Program-made: the position numbers and the translations under genes
In this document: positions 26,622 to 38,755 of the stretch, piece after piece
Position numbering within the stretch: position 1 is the first letter of the stretch
How the letters are laid out: every line of letters starts with the position of its first letter
The notes under the pieces: generated by a model
Databases searched by the model: none
Told to the model about the DNA's origin: nothing
What the model saw: the letters and a program-made list of their open reading frames with translations, nothing else
Origin: Octopus vulgaris
Taxonomy: Eukaryota
Length of the DNA: 64,000 nt
Assembly (NCBI GenBank): GCA_951406725.2
Contig: OX597827.1
Coordinates: 63,302,001-63,366,000, forward strand
Reading direction: 5' to 3'

Positions 26622-27092
26622 AACGCAGTACTTTTTCACTTCTAAAATATATTAAAAATATATATTTAGACTATGTAAACTGTGCGCACTTTTCTTCTTT
26701 CATTTCAGGTATATAGTTTTTGTACTATGGTAGAACATCTGTCAGGTTTACAGGGGCTATGAGTTCGTGTTCCACGGAGAGCCTTCAAAATTTTCTGTCT
26801 AAAGCAGTTTCTCAATCCAATATTTAAATGGTGATATTTATAGCCTAATGTGTTACAGGACCTACTGTTTAATGAAATAATTATTTGACTCTCTCTTGAA
26901 AGTTTATAAATTCTTGTTACGTCAAAAATATGTATTTATATGTGTGTGTGTATACCTGTGTGTGTGCGCGTGCGTGGATGTGTTATACATATGGACGTGC
27001 ATATAGATGATGATGATGAGGAGGAGGAGGAGGAGAAGGAGGAGAGAGGACGGGAGGAAGAAGAGTGGCGGAGGAAGAAAAGATGAGGATGG

Positions 27093-27150
<58 letters not shown>

Positions 27151-27564
27151 GGTGATGATGATGATGATGACGATGATGATGATGATGGTGATGATGATGA
27201 CGATGATGATGATGATGATGATGGTGATGGTGATGAGGATGAAGATGACGTTGACGATGACGATGATGATGAAGCATATTCCGATAATAACAGGACAGCA
27301 ACGAGGATGGCAAGTAAGGTAGATAAGAGGGCAGGCAGACAGGCAGACAGGCAGGCAGGCAGGTTATGGTATTGAAATGGTGTCAGAGAGATGGAACTGT
27401 CAAATCGTGATATTTCAGAAAATCCTCGGGGCATTATATACTTAAACACCATGTATAGATACACTTGTACATATACACATATACACCATAAGTATAAGAT
27501 TCCACATTTATGAGTAAGTCAAACATATACATACATATACATATACATATATATAAATACATAT

Positions 27565-27597
<33 letters not shown>

Positions 27598-29109
27598 CAA
27601 TTAGGTGCCTAGAGAAATACAAGATTCTGTATATGAATGTATATGTCCATATACAGAGATATATAAACACACATATCTACATATGTTTCAGTGTGTGTCT
27701 GCATCTGTGTGCGTCGGCATATTTATGCATATGTATGCATATGTGTGTGTATATAACTATGCATATATATGTGTGAGCGTGTAATGATACATATACACTC
27801 ACAAAACGCTAACATATAAAATTGAATATATAAATATGTGCATACAGATATACACGCATAAAAATATGTATATATGTAAACATATGCATATATATATGTA
27901 CATATGTAGGCATATACACAGACACGTATACCTTTTATGTATGCATATATATATATATATATATATATATGAATTTGTATTTACACACACACATATATAT
28001 ATACACGCATGTGCATATATATATATATATATGCACATGCGTGTATATATATATATGTGTGTGTATACACACATACACACATATATGTATGTATACGAGT
28101 ATATTGTGGTTGCATACGCATATACAGATGAGAAGTATCACAATATCAAATATCTTATATATCACATTTATATGTATGCGTGCGTATAGGAATTTGTTTC
28201 TGTCTGTAATTGAGTGTGTTTGTGTGTGAATGCGACAGAGAGTTGGACGGGAGTGTTCGTCGGGGGTGGTGACGGAGGGGGAGGAGATGATGGGGGGATG
28301 GGTGGGGATGGGGTGGGGGTAAGATGCGAGATATAAAAATCTATAAGTATTAGTCATAACGGGTGAGTGATAGATTGAAGTGAAAGAGATTAAGCAACGA
28401 AAATATGTGTGTATATACGTCTGTACTTATATGTCTCAATGTAAATCTATATGTGTGTGTGTGTGCGTGTGCAAGTGTATATGTGTGTGTGTGTGTGTAC
28501 GCGCATATGTGTGACTATGCGTACATATATATATATATATATATATAATATCATAGCATGTATGTATATATATACACACACATGTATATACATACATACA
28601 AATGTGTATATATATGCATATATATATATACATATATATATACATGCATACATACATATATAAATATATACATATATATATATATATACTTATATATATA
28701 TATATATACATGCCCATATACATATCGGTGTGTGTATGTCGATATATATATATATATCTATAGAAGATTATATAAAATAATTTCATACACCCAATGTGCA
28801 GATGCACACGCACTCATGTACGCACACACGGACAAATATATTCAAAGAGTTATGCGTATCTAGAAATATGTAAATATTCATGACTATGTGTGTGCTTTTG
28901 CCAATGTATACATGAATGAATATATACACATATACACACACACACACACACACGCACACACACAGACATATGTATATATATTTAAATATATATATATAAA
29001 TATATACATACTTACATATGTATACATGAATATTTACTTATATATATAAAGATACATAGAGAGATAGATACATAGATAGACAGACAGACAGACAGATCGA
29101 TAACTGATA

Positions 29110-29464
<355 letters not shown>

Positions 29465-29559
29465 GCCATATATATCCATATATAGATATACAGAAAGAGT
29501 TGTGTATATGCTGACCTCTCTCTGTATATCTGTTGTATATTTTCGCATGTATACTCAAA

Positions 29560-29640
<81 letters not shown>

Positions 29641-30123
29641 ATATGTGTGTGTGTCTCTATGTATGCTTATTTGTACGTACGTACATAGGTGTTTTATGTA
29701 TGTATATTTGTACGTATGTACGTATGTATGTATGTATGTATGTATGTATGTATGTATGTATGTATGTATGTGTATATCCATGCGTGTATGTCTACATGTA
29801 TCTATGTATATCTAATATATGTATTGCATAAATATGCAGAGAATCTTACTATTAAATATTTATCACGCGAATCCAGATACACTTGTCCGAAGATCGCAAG
29901 ATCGCACGATCTCAGCGGTGTGAAACTTTTGCAGCGAGATAAGCATCTACCTTAAATAACCTTTTCTCTATAACACATATTTGCTACTCTTTTACTCATT
30001 ACTTCAACACACTTCCATGCAAATATATACATACTCACACACACCCATGCATACATACATTCATACATATATGTTGTGTTACATACAAACATACGTACAT
30101 ACATACATACATACATACATATG

Positions 30124-30300
30124 GGCGTAGGAGTGGGTGTGTAGTAAGTAGCTTGCTTACGAACCACATGGTTCTGGGTTCAGTCCCACTTCGTGGTACC
30201 TTGGGCAGGTTTCTTCTACTATAGCCTGGGTCCAACCAAAACCTTGTGAGTGGATTTGGTAGACAGAAACTTAAAGAACCCCGGCGTATATATGTGAGCG

Positions 30301-30346
<46 letters not shown>

Positions 30347-30578
30347 TGTATGTATGTATGTATGTATGTGTGTATATGTTTGTGTCTGTGTTTGTCCCCC
30401 AATATCGCCTGACGACCGATGCTGGCGTGTTTACGTCCCCGTAAACGAGCGGTTCGGCAAAAGAGAGCGATAGAATAAGTACTAGGCTTACAAAGAATAA
30501 GTCCTGGGGTCGATTTGCTCGACTAAAGGGCGGTGCTCCAGAATGGCCACAGCTCTGAGCTGAAACTACAAATAAAAA
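30124..30578 (+). mobile_element. SINE family A
   Basis: Similarity to 14453-14864. Confidence 0.85.
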
Positions 30579-31018
30579 TGTGTGTGTATAGAGATAGAAA
30601 GATAGGTATATGTACATATATGTGTATATACGTGTATGTAAATGTATATATAATGTATATGTCAATATGTATATATCAAAATGTATATATTTGTGTGTGT
30701 GTGTTTCAAGCCGCTTATTGCGATCACTTTTTGCTGGAAACTTTCGGATCACAATAACATCAAACGTAGGAGACATTATATTGCGCGTCTTAGCGGCTCG
30801 CCAATTTTGATAAAAAATAATCGTTTGATGACATTCTTGATTATAATGGGCGGTGAGGGGGGGGGGTCAGTATGTATATCTAGGTAGAGAAATAGATTGG
30901 TTGTAAGATAACCAGCTAAAGCTGGTAAGATACGTGGATGTATGAATGGATAGATAGAAAGAGAGACAGAGACAGACAGACAGACATATAGACGGGGGCA
31001 ACGACAGGCAGAGAAATT

Positions 31019-31067
<49 letters not shown>

Positions 31068-31243
31068 AGAGAGATGGAGAGAGAAACTACTAGACAGGCT
31101 GACCGAGCGATACATGGATAGATAGAGAGAAAGATAGACAGACAGACATATAGACAGGCAGACAGACAAGCAGAGAAATTGACAGATAGATGGATAGATA
31201 GAGAGAGAGGAGAGAGAGAGAGAGACTGACAGACAGACAGGTT

Positions 31244-31295
<52 letters not shown>

Positions 31296-31364
31296 TAGAT
31301 AAATAAATAGATAGATAGAGAAAGAGAGAGACAGACAGACTGAAAGACAGACAGACAGACAGAC

Positions 31365-31419
<55 letters not shown>

Positions 31420-31672
31420 CAGACCGACAGGCAGAGAGACAAACAGACCGACACACATACATACAGACAGACAGACAGACAGACAGATAGATATAGGGTG
31501 GAGAGGAGAGAGGTGACGTAGGTTTGGATTTAGAAGCAGGAGGGGGGCGGACATGTTGAGGTGGAGGTGAAATGATGGATGAAGAAATGGATAAAAGATG
31601 AAGTTGTGGGGTTCGTTATGGTGATGGAGACGGTATGGTGATGGAATTAGGAAAAGATGCTGTCTGTGGCAT

Positions 31673-31721
<49 letters not shown>

Positions 31722-32198
31722 GGTGGTGGTGGTGGTGATGGTGGTGGTGGTGATGTGAGACTAGCGAGGTGGAGGTATTGACAGGTGATGCATCAGCCAA
31801 GTGACAAAGTGGACATTAGGTCGATCAGAGCTGCAGCCATCGCCATGGTAACCGTGACTCGGGACTGATGGAATTTCTTCTTAACGTCCATCAAAACTTT
31901 AACGAACCAAGTGAGGCGTTCACGTCTGGGTCACTATCTACGTGTTGTAAGTGCCTCTGTTTGTGTGAGTGCGTGGTATGTGTGTGTGTGTGTATGTGTG
32001 TGTGTGTGTGCGTGTGTGTACGTGTGTGTGTGTGTGTTGTGTGCGTGTATGAAAAAACGCGCCAAAATATCCATCTATCTATATGTATATATAATGTTTA
32101 TATATGTATGTGTATATGTGTATATATAAATATTTACATATATATATATATATATATAAATGTATATACGTATATTTATATATATATATATATATATG

Positions 32199-32242
<44 letters not shown>

Positions 32243-33020
32243 TATATATATATATTATGGATATATATATATGTACGTATATACACATTTATATCTTATA
32301 TATACAATATATATGTATATATATGCACACACACACAACGTACTATACGTGCAGTCATATATATATATGTGTGTGTTTGTGTGTGTGTGTGAGTGTCTGT
32401 GTATGTATATAAGCATATATACACATATATATATATGTATATGTATACACATATATATATGTATATATATATATATATATACACATATATATATATACAT
32501 ACATATGTATATATACATACATATATATGTATGTCTACATATATATATATACACATACATACGCACACACACATATATATATAATGAGAGTGTGAGAGGG
32601 AGGGATTGGAGAGGGAGAGAGAGAAAGAGATACATATATGTGTATATGTATACACACACACACACATATATTCGTGCGAATTTATATATGACTGTCGTCT
32701 ACAGCAGCAGCATCGATATGATCGCCACCATATAAAAGCACTATCAGTAAGAATATCTCTCTGTATTACAACAACAACAACAGCAACAAGTACAGCAATA
32801 AAGTGCTGATGTCCGCCATATTTTCTATTTTCTCTGAAATTGTTAGGAAATCAGAAATGACCATTATTTACATTATTTACATTATTTACATTAGACGGAT
32901 ATTTGTCCTCGTTTTGTTTGTTGTTAACACAACGTTTCGGTTGATACACCCTCCAGCCTTCTTCGTGTGTCTTGGGGAAATTTCGAACCTGGGTTCTCAT
33001 TTCTAAGATATTTTTCGATG

Positions 33021-33084
<64 letters not shown>

Positions 33085-33119
33085 CGTTGTTGTTGTTGTT
33101 GCTGTTGTTATTCAGTAGT

Positions 33120-33470
33120 TATTTTTTTATAACGTGCTTTCACTTAATTACCGAGCGCAGCTCTGTGTGCCTTGGGTATGTGCTGTGGTCTCCTGTGGTG
33201 CTCTTATGGTAACTGCATTGAAAGTGTTTTGCGTAGGATGTGTGCAGTACCTAGTAGTGCAATTTTCTGTAAGTTATATATATATTTGTAAGTCCTGGTG
33301 ATTTTGTTATGTATTTGTCTGAATTTTTTTATCATACCTAATGCGCCTACTATGATAGGAATTGTTTCTGTTTTTAGATTCCACATTTGAGTTACCTCTA
33401 TTTCCAGGTCTTTGTATTTTAAAAGTTTCTCCATTTCTTTTAGAAACACGTTGTCATCTGCTGGTATTGA
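33120..33470 (-). pseudogene. R4/Dong-like 3' fragment in (TAA)n
   Basis: KYKDLEIEVTQMWNLKTETIPIIVGALGMIK..LQKIALLGTAHILRKTLS. Confidence 0.85.
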
Positions 33471-33533
33471 TTTATTATTATTATTATTATTATTATTGTT
33501 GTTGTTGTTGTTGTTGTTGTCGTTATTATTATT

Positions 33534-33589
<56 letters not shown>

Positions 33590-33606
33590 TATTATTATCA
33601 TCATCA

Positions 33607-33667
<61 letters not shown>

Positions 33668-33679
33668 CATTAGTAAGTA

Positions 33680-34143
33680 GTATTATTTTTAAATCGTGCC
33701 TTCACTTCACTACCGAGCGCAGTTCTGTGTGCCTTGGGTATATGCTGTTGTTTGCTGTGATGCTCTTATGGTTACTGTATTGAAAGTGTTTTGCGTAGGA
33801 TGTGTGCAGTGCCCAGTAGTGCAATTTTCTGTATGTTACATATATTTGTAAGTCCTGGTGTTTTTGTTACGTATTTGTCTGAATATTTTTATCATACCTA
33901 ATGCGCCAACTATGATAGGAATTGTTTCTGTTTTTAGATTCCACATTCGAGTTACCTCTATTTGTATTTTGAAAGTTTCTCCTCTGCTGGTATTGATACA
34001 TCAATTAGAAAGCATTTTTCTTTCTTCGTGATTTCTGACAACTATATCTGGCCTATTGGCCTTAATTTCTCTATCTGTGTGTATTGGCATATCCCAGAGT
34101 ATGGTTGCTTTCTCGTTTTCTGTGACCTTTTCTGGCGTGTGCC
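33680..34143 (-). pseudogene. second R4/Dong-like 3' fragment in (TAA)n
   Basis: Diverged duplicate of 33120-33470, extending to ILWDMPIHTDREIKANRPDI. Confidence 0.85.
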
Positions 34144-34469
34144 TATTATTATTATTATTGTTGTTGTTGTTGTTGTTCAGGTCACTGCTTGGAATCGAAC
34201 TCGGAATCTTGGAGTTAGTAGCTCGCGCTCTTAACCACTACGCCATATACCCGTTAAATATAGAACTGAATCAGAAATGATGTAAGGACTTTATAGCAAC
34301 ATGCTATTACGACAACACTGTTATAAACAAGGAAGGACATTTTGAATAACAGTTCTACCAACACTATGGACAAGCATCATCTGAGCCAGTGATGGGGCCT
34401 CTACGTGGTCGCTTACTTGCTAGAAGTAATAGCCAAATTTTTCCTCAAGTCATATCGTACTATATTGAT

Positions 34470-34915
34470 TTCAAATTTTGGCCATCAATTTTGTGGGGAT
34501 GTCGGGGGGGGCTAAGTCAATTACATCGGCCCCAGTGCTCAACTGGTGCATATTTTATCGACCCAGAAAGGATGAAGGGCGAAGTCGACCTCAGTGGAAT
34601 TTGCACTCGGAATGTAAAAACGGACGAAATACCTCTAAGCATTTTTCCTGGCGTGGGAATGATTCTGCCAGCTCACTGCCTTAATATAATAATAACAATA
34701 ATAATGGTTTCAAATTTTGGCTCACGGTCAGCAATTTCGGGAGAGGAGCAAAATCGGTTACATCGACCCCAGTGCGTAACTGGTACTTGTACCGACTGCC
34801 ATGGGATTAAAGGCAAAGTCGACCTCGGTAGAATTTGAAATCAGAACGTAAAGACAGACGAAGTGCCGCTAAGCATTTCATCCGGCGTGCTAATGTTTCT
34901 GTCAGCTCGCTGCCT
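34470..34915 (-). mobile_element. SINE family C, two diverged copies
   Basis: GGCAAAGTCGACCTCGG..GAATTTGAA core. Confidence 0.7.
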
Positions 34916-36060
34916 TAGACATATTAACCAATTAGCATTGAAACCAGCCACATTCGGACAAAATATTGTACCTGCTTTATGTTCAAGCTGGCCAGATCCT
35001 GCCTCTCGCATGTACCTTACAATGTCATTCTAAAAGTAAACAATTATATCATTGATATCTCAAAACAACAAGGTAATTCATGATTAATTCAAAGCAATAT
35101 GAATAAATAAGCAATACACGTCACAGAGAAACATGAATATTATAGGGTTAAACAAGGGTTGTTATGAAGTTTTTTATGTGATCTTGATTGGGAAACAAAG
35201 TATGTAGTTGTCCATGTTTGTTGTATTGTCCAAATGCCCCTTTTGAAATTCGATCTTCGTTACATTATGACTATTTTATAGCTATAAGTTATCACTATTT
35301 GTTAACTTCAACGTTGTTACTTGTAGTAATAAGCTGGTGAAATTCCGAGCAGCGTTTATATTTTTAACGCTGTGGACACAGCCGAACTGAATTGTACTGT
35401 CCCAGTGTCGAAACCACAATGATGTCCATTTAAGCAGCTGATGATGGGAATGCACATATGTTATGATCGACTGTGAATTTCTTATATCTTTGTCTCGTTA
35501 TTCTGGATTCCCCTTCATTCCTATAAAGTGTAAAGTGTTTGTGGCTTAATAGTTTATGAGGATAGCTTATCTTGGTACTGTTTGGTTTTCTTTATAGGTA
35601 ACCAAATTAGGCTTGGACAAGGCTTAGATATTGCTATCTAGTTTTAGGAGGTTCTGTGGCATATGATAAACAAGGGTTGTTGTGGACGAGCACCGTTTGA
35701 GCTAGTGGGGGAACCTCTTACTGGTCTCTCACTTGCTGCAATTTATAACCAAATATACCTCTAATCAGATCTTACTATATTAAACAAGTGTTGTTGTGGA
35801 CGAGTGCCATCCGAGCCAGTGAGGAACTCTCTTAGTAGTCGTTTACTTGCTCGTAGTTGTAGTCAAATCTCCTCCAAACCACTTTATTCTTATTCACCAA
35901 GTGTTGTGGATCGACTTGTAAGAAATTGTAACTAAATCGCACTCAAATTTCCAGAAAATAGAAAAATCCAGAAATCTTGGCTACTTCCGGTCCCAAGCTT
36001 ACCGGATATTTGCTACGACATTGTGTACGTATTCGTATAGGTACAGTATCGCCTATATCG

Positions 36061-36128
<68 letters not shown>

Positions 36129-36241
36129 TCTATATATATATATATATATAGGGAGAGCTAACGAAAAAAAACAAAAGACGAAGACAGGTGGTGTACAAAA
36201 CAAACAGATGTATTAGTATAACGCTCAAGAATAGAAAAGGT

Positions 36242-36277
36242 CTTTTACGTTTCGAGCCTACGCTCTTCTACAGAAAG
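36242..36277 (-). ncRNA. hammerhead-like motif (core variant) in a TA-flanked repeat; a degenerate sister copy lies at about 53545-53730
   Basis: cttt-CTGTAGA-a-gagc gtag gctc-GAAA-cg-TA-aaag. Confidence 0.5.
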
Positions 36278-37054
36278 GGACACAGAAAAAACAAGGAGAG
36301 ACACAAGGAGAGACAAAATTGTGTGAAAAAAATATATATACAGCATGGGCATAAACGCTATGTCGCAATATTTTATGCACATACACACTATATTAAACTA
36401 TATTGTACACATATACACAATGCTAGCATTACATTCAACATCATTTTTTTTTAAAACTAGTATTAAAAACAAAATAGCATGCGAAAATTTCTTAAGGTTG
36501 TCATGCTTTAAAATTCTATTCACCTTTATTTCATAAGGCCGTTTGCGACTAGAACATCAGCAACAACAACAGCAATAGCATTAAAATCAATTACAACATC
36601 ATGACTAATGGGAAGAAGCGAGTAGAAATCTATAGTCGAATGCCCAAATGACAATTACGATCTGCTATGACCTCTGGTGGTGTATTTTGCACGAATTTAA
36701 TTAGAAGCCAGGATATGAGCCTCTAAGGGAAGAAGACACATACACACAGACACACATACACAATACATAAGATATAGACACACACGTACGGATGTAATGT
36801 ATGAGATGCATACAGACATATGCACAGAAGCAAACAGAACAGGCAAATACACAAAAATAGGCAGAATTACTGGAGAGAATACTAACACGATTTGACTAAA
36901 ACCAGACGAGAACGTAAAGACGCCATTTTTAAAGAAGCGAGGGTACGTCGAGATACACGATGTCACTTCTGTGTGGTCGCCCGATCAGCTAGAAATAGCA
37001 ACCAAATCTCCGTTAAAACTTCAGCACAAAGTGGTGTATCTTTTATCTTTTATC

Positions 37055-37302
37055 GTTCCTTTGTTGCAGTCATTAGACTGTGGCCATGCTGGGGTACCGC
37101 ATTGAAGCACTTTTAGTCGAATGACACCACCCCAGTATTTTCTTTGTTTTATTTTTAAAGCTTGTTACTTTTCTTTCTCAGTATCTTTGCCGAAACGCTA
37201 ATTTACGGGGACGAAAACACAGACACCGACTGTCAAGTAATGGTGGAGCATAAACACACACATACGCGCACACACAAACACACACACACGCACGCATATT
37301 TA

Positions 37303-37355
<53 letters not shown>

Positions 37356-37519
37356 GACGGGCTTCTTTCAGTTTCCGTCTACCAAATACTCTCACAAGGC
37401 TTTAGTCGGCAACCGAGGCTATATTAGAAAACATTTGCCCAAGGTGCCACACATGGCGCTGAACCCAGAACCATATCGCTGAGAGGCGAACTTCTTACCA
37501 CACAGCCACCCCTGCACCT
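37055..37519 (-). mobile_element. SINE family A, diverged
   Basis: Collinear with other A copies. Confidence 0.7.
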
Positions 37520-37746
37520 ATAGTCTGCATGATACTTTTAGCTTTTACTGGTTCCAGCCATTGAACTGCGGCCATGTTGGGGCACAGCCTTAAAGGGTTT
37601 AGTCGAACAACAGTAGATTTTATTTTAATGCCTGCTATTTACTACTGTATATTTCTGCTGCATATGTTATTTCGTGTATCCTGGTGATACGGGGTTATCA
37701 GATAAACTCGATCGTTAAATAAATTCGATGAAATTTGTGGACCATC

Positions 37747-38100
37747 AGATAAATTCGTTCCTCGTCCCATCTCTACTGCTTAATAACCGATGTTAGTTTG
37801 TTCACGTCCGCGTAACCTAGCAGTCCGACCAAAGATACCCAAAGGATAATAAACCAGATTTTATTAGATTGTCAGATAAATCCATTCTCCCTCATCGCCA
37901 CAATTTGATAACCAGTGTTAGTTTGTTCACGTCCGCGTAACCTAGCGGTCCGACAAAAGGATAATAAACCAGATTTTATTGGTAGGTTGTCAGATAAATT
38001 CATTCTCCCTCATCGCCACAATTTGATAACCGGTGTTGGTTTGTTCATGTCCCCGTAACTTAGCGGCCCGACCAAATGCATCGAGAGGATAAGTACTACA
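37747..38100 (+). repeat. tandem repeat of about 120 bp, 3 copies, derived from the SINE A 3' body
   Basis: CAGATAAAT..GATAACC..TGTTAGTTTGTTCACGTCCGCGTAACCTAGC..AGGATAA units. Confidence 0.75.
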
Positions 38101-38755
38101 TTTTAACCCATTAACTACGAAATTAAATTCTATGGATGTTCTAGCAATGACATTTAATAGCTTGTTAAAACTAGAATTGATATTTCCAACTAATCATGCT
38201 GCCTCAATAAACTTGGCATTTTTCAACAGAAAACATGGTATTTCTCAATAAAAGATAAACTGATAAATAAAATCTGCTTTCCGCAGATCAGAGCAATTAA
38301 ATTTGGGATGGGCATATCTACGTTCGGGTGTAGAAGAGTTTTTTTAAAAACTAAGTACTTGAGTCAATTTGTTCGACTATACTTAAATGACTGTAGTCCA
38401 ATGACTGAAACACGTAAAAGCGAAAAGAAAGAGATCATAAAAATTCCTTATATTCCATTTTGTTCATGCTTTTGTCTATGTTATCCTTGTCAGAACCTGA
38501 GCACTTAAAAGATTTTGGTGCTCTCTCTATATATATATTCTTTTATTCTTTTACTTGTTTCAGTTATTTGAACTGCAGCCATGTTGGAGCACCGCCTCGA
38601 AGGGTTTTGGTCGAACAAATTGACCTCAGGATTTTTTTTAGCCTGGCAATTACTCTTTTCGTCTCTTTTGCCGAATCACAGGGACGTAAATACATCAACA
38701 CCGGTTGTCAAGCGGTGATGAGGAACAAACACAGACATAAACACACACACATACG

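Larger units (their letters stand above)
32861..34268 (-). mobile_element. tRNA-SINE/hammerhead composite (copy 2) with two nested Dong-like fragments
   Basis: Head 34253-34176 and HHR tail 33020-32862; direct repeat AATCAGAAATGA at 32849-32860 and 34269-34280. Confidence 0.75.
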
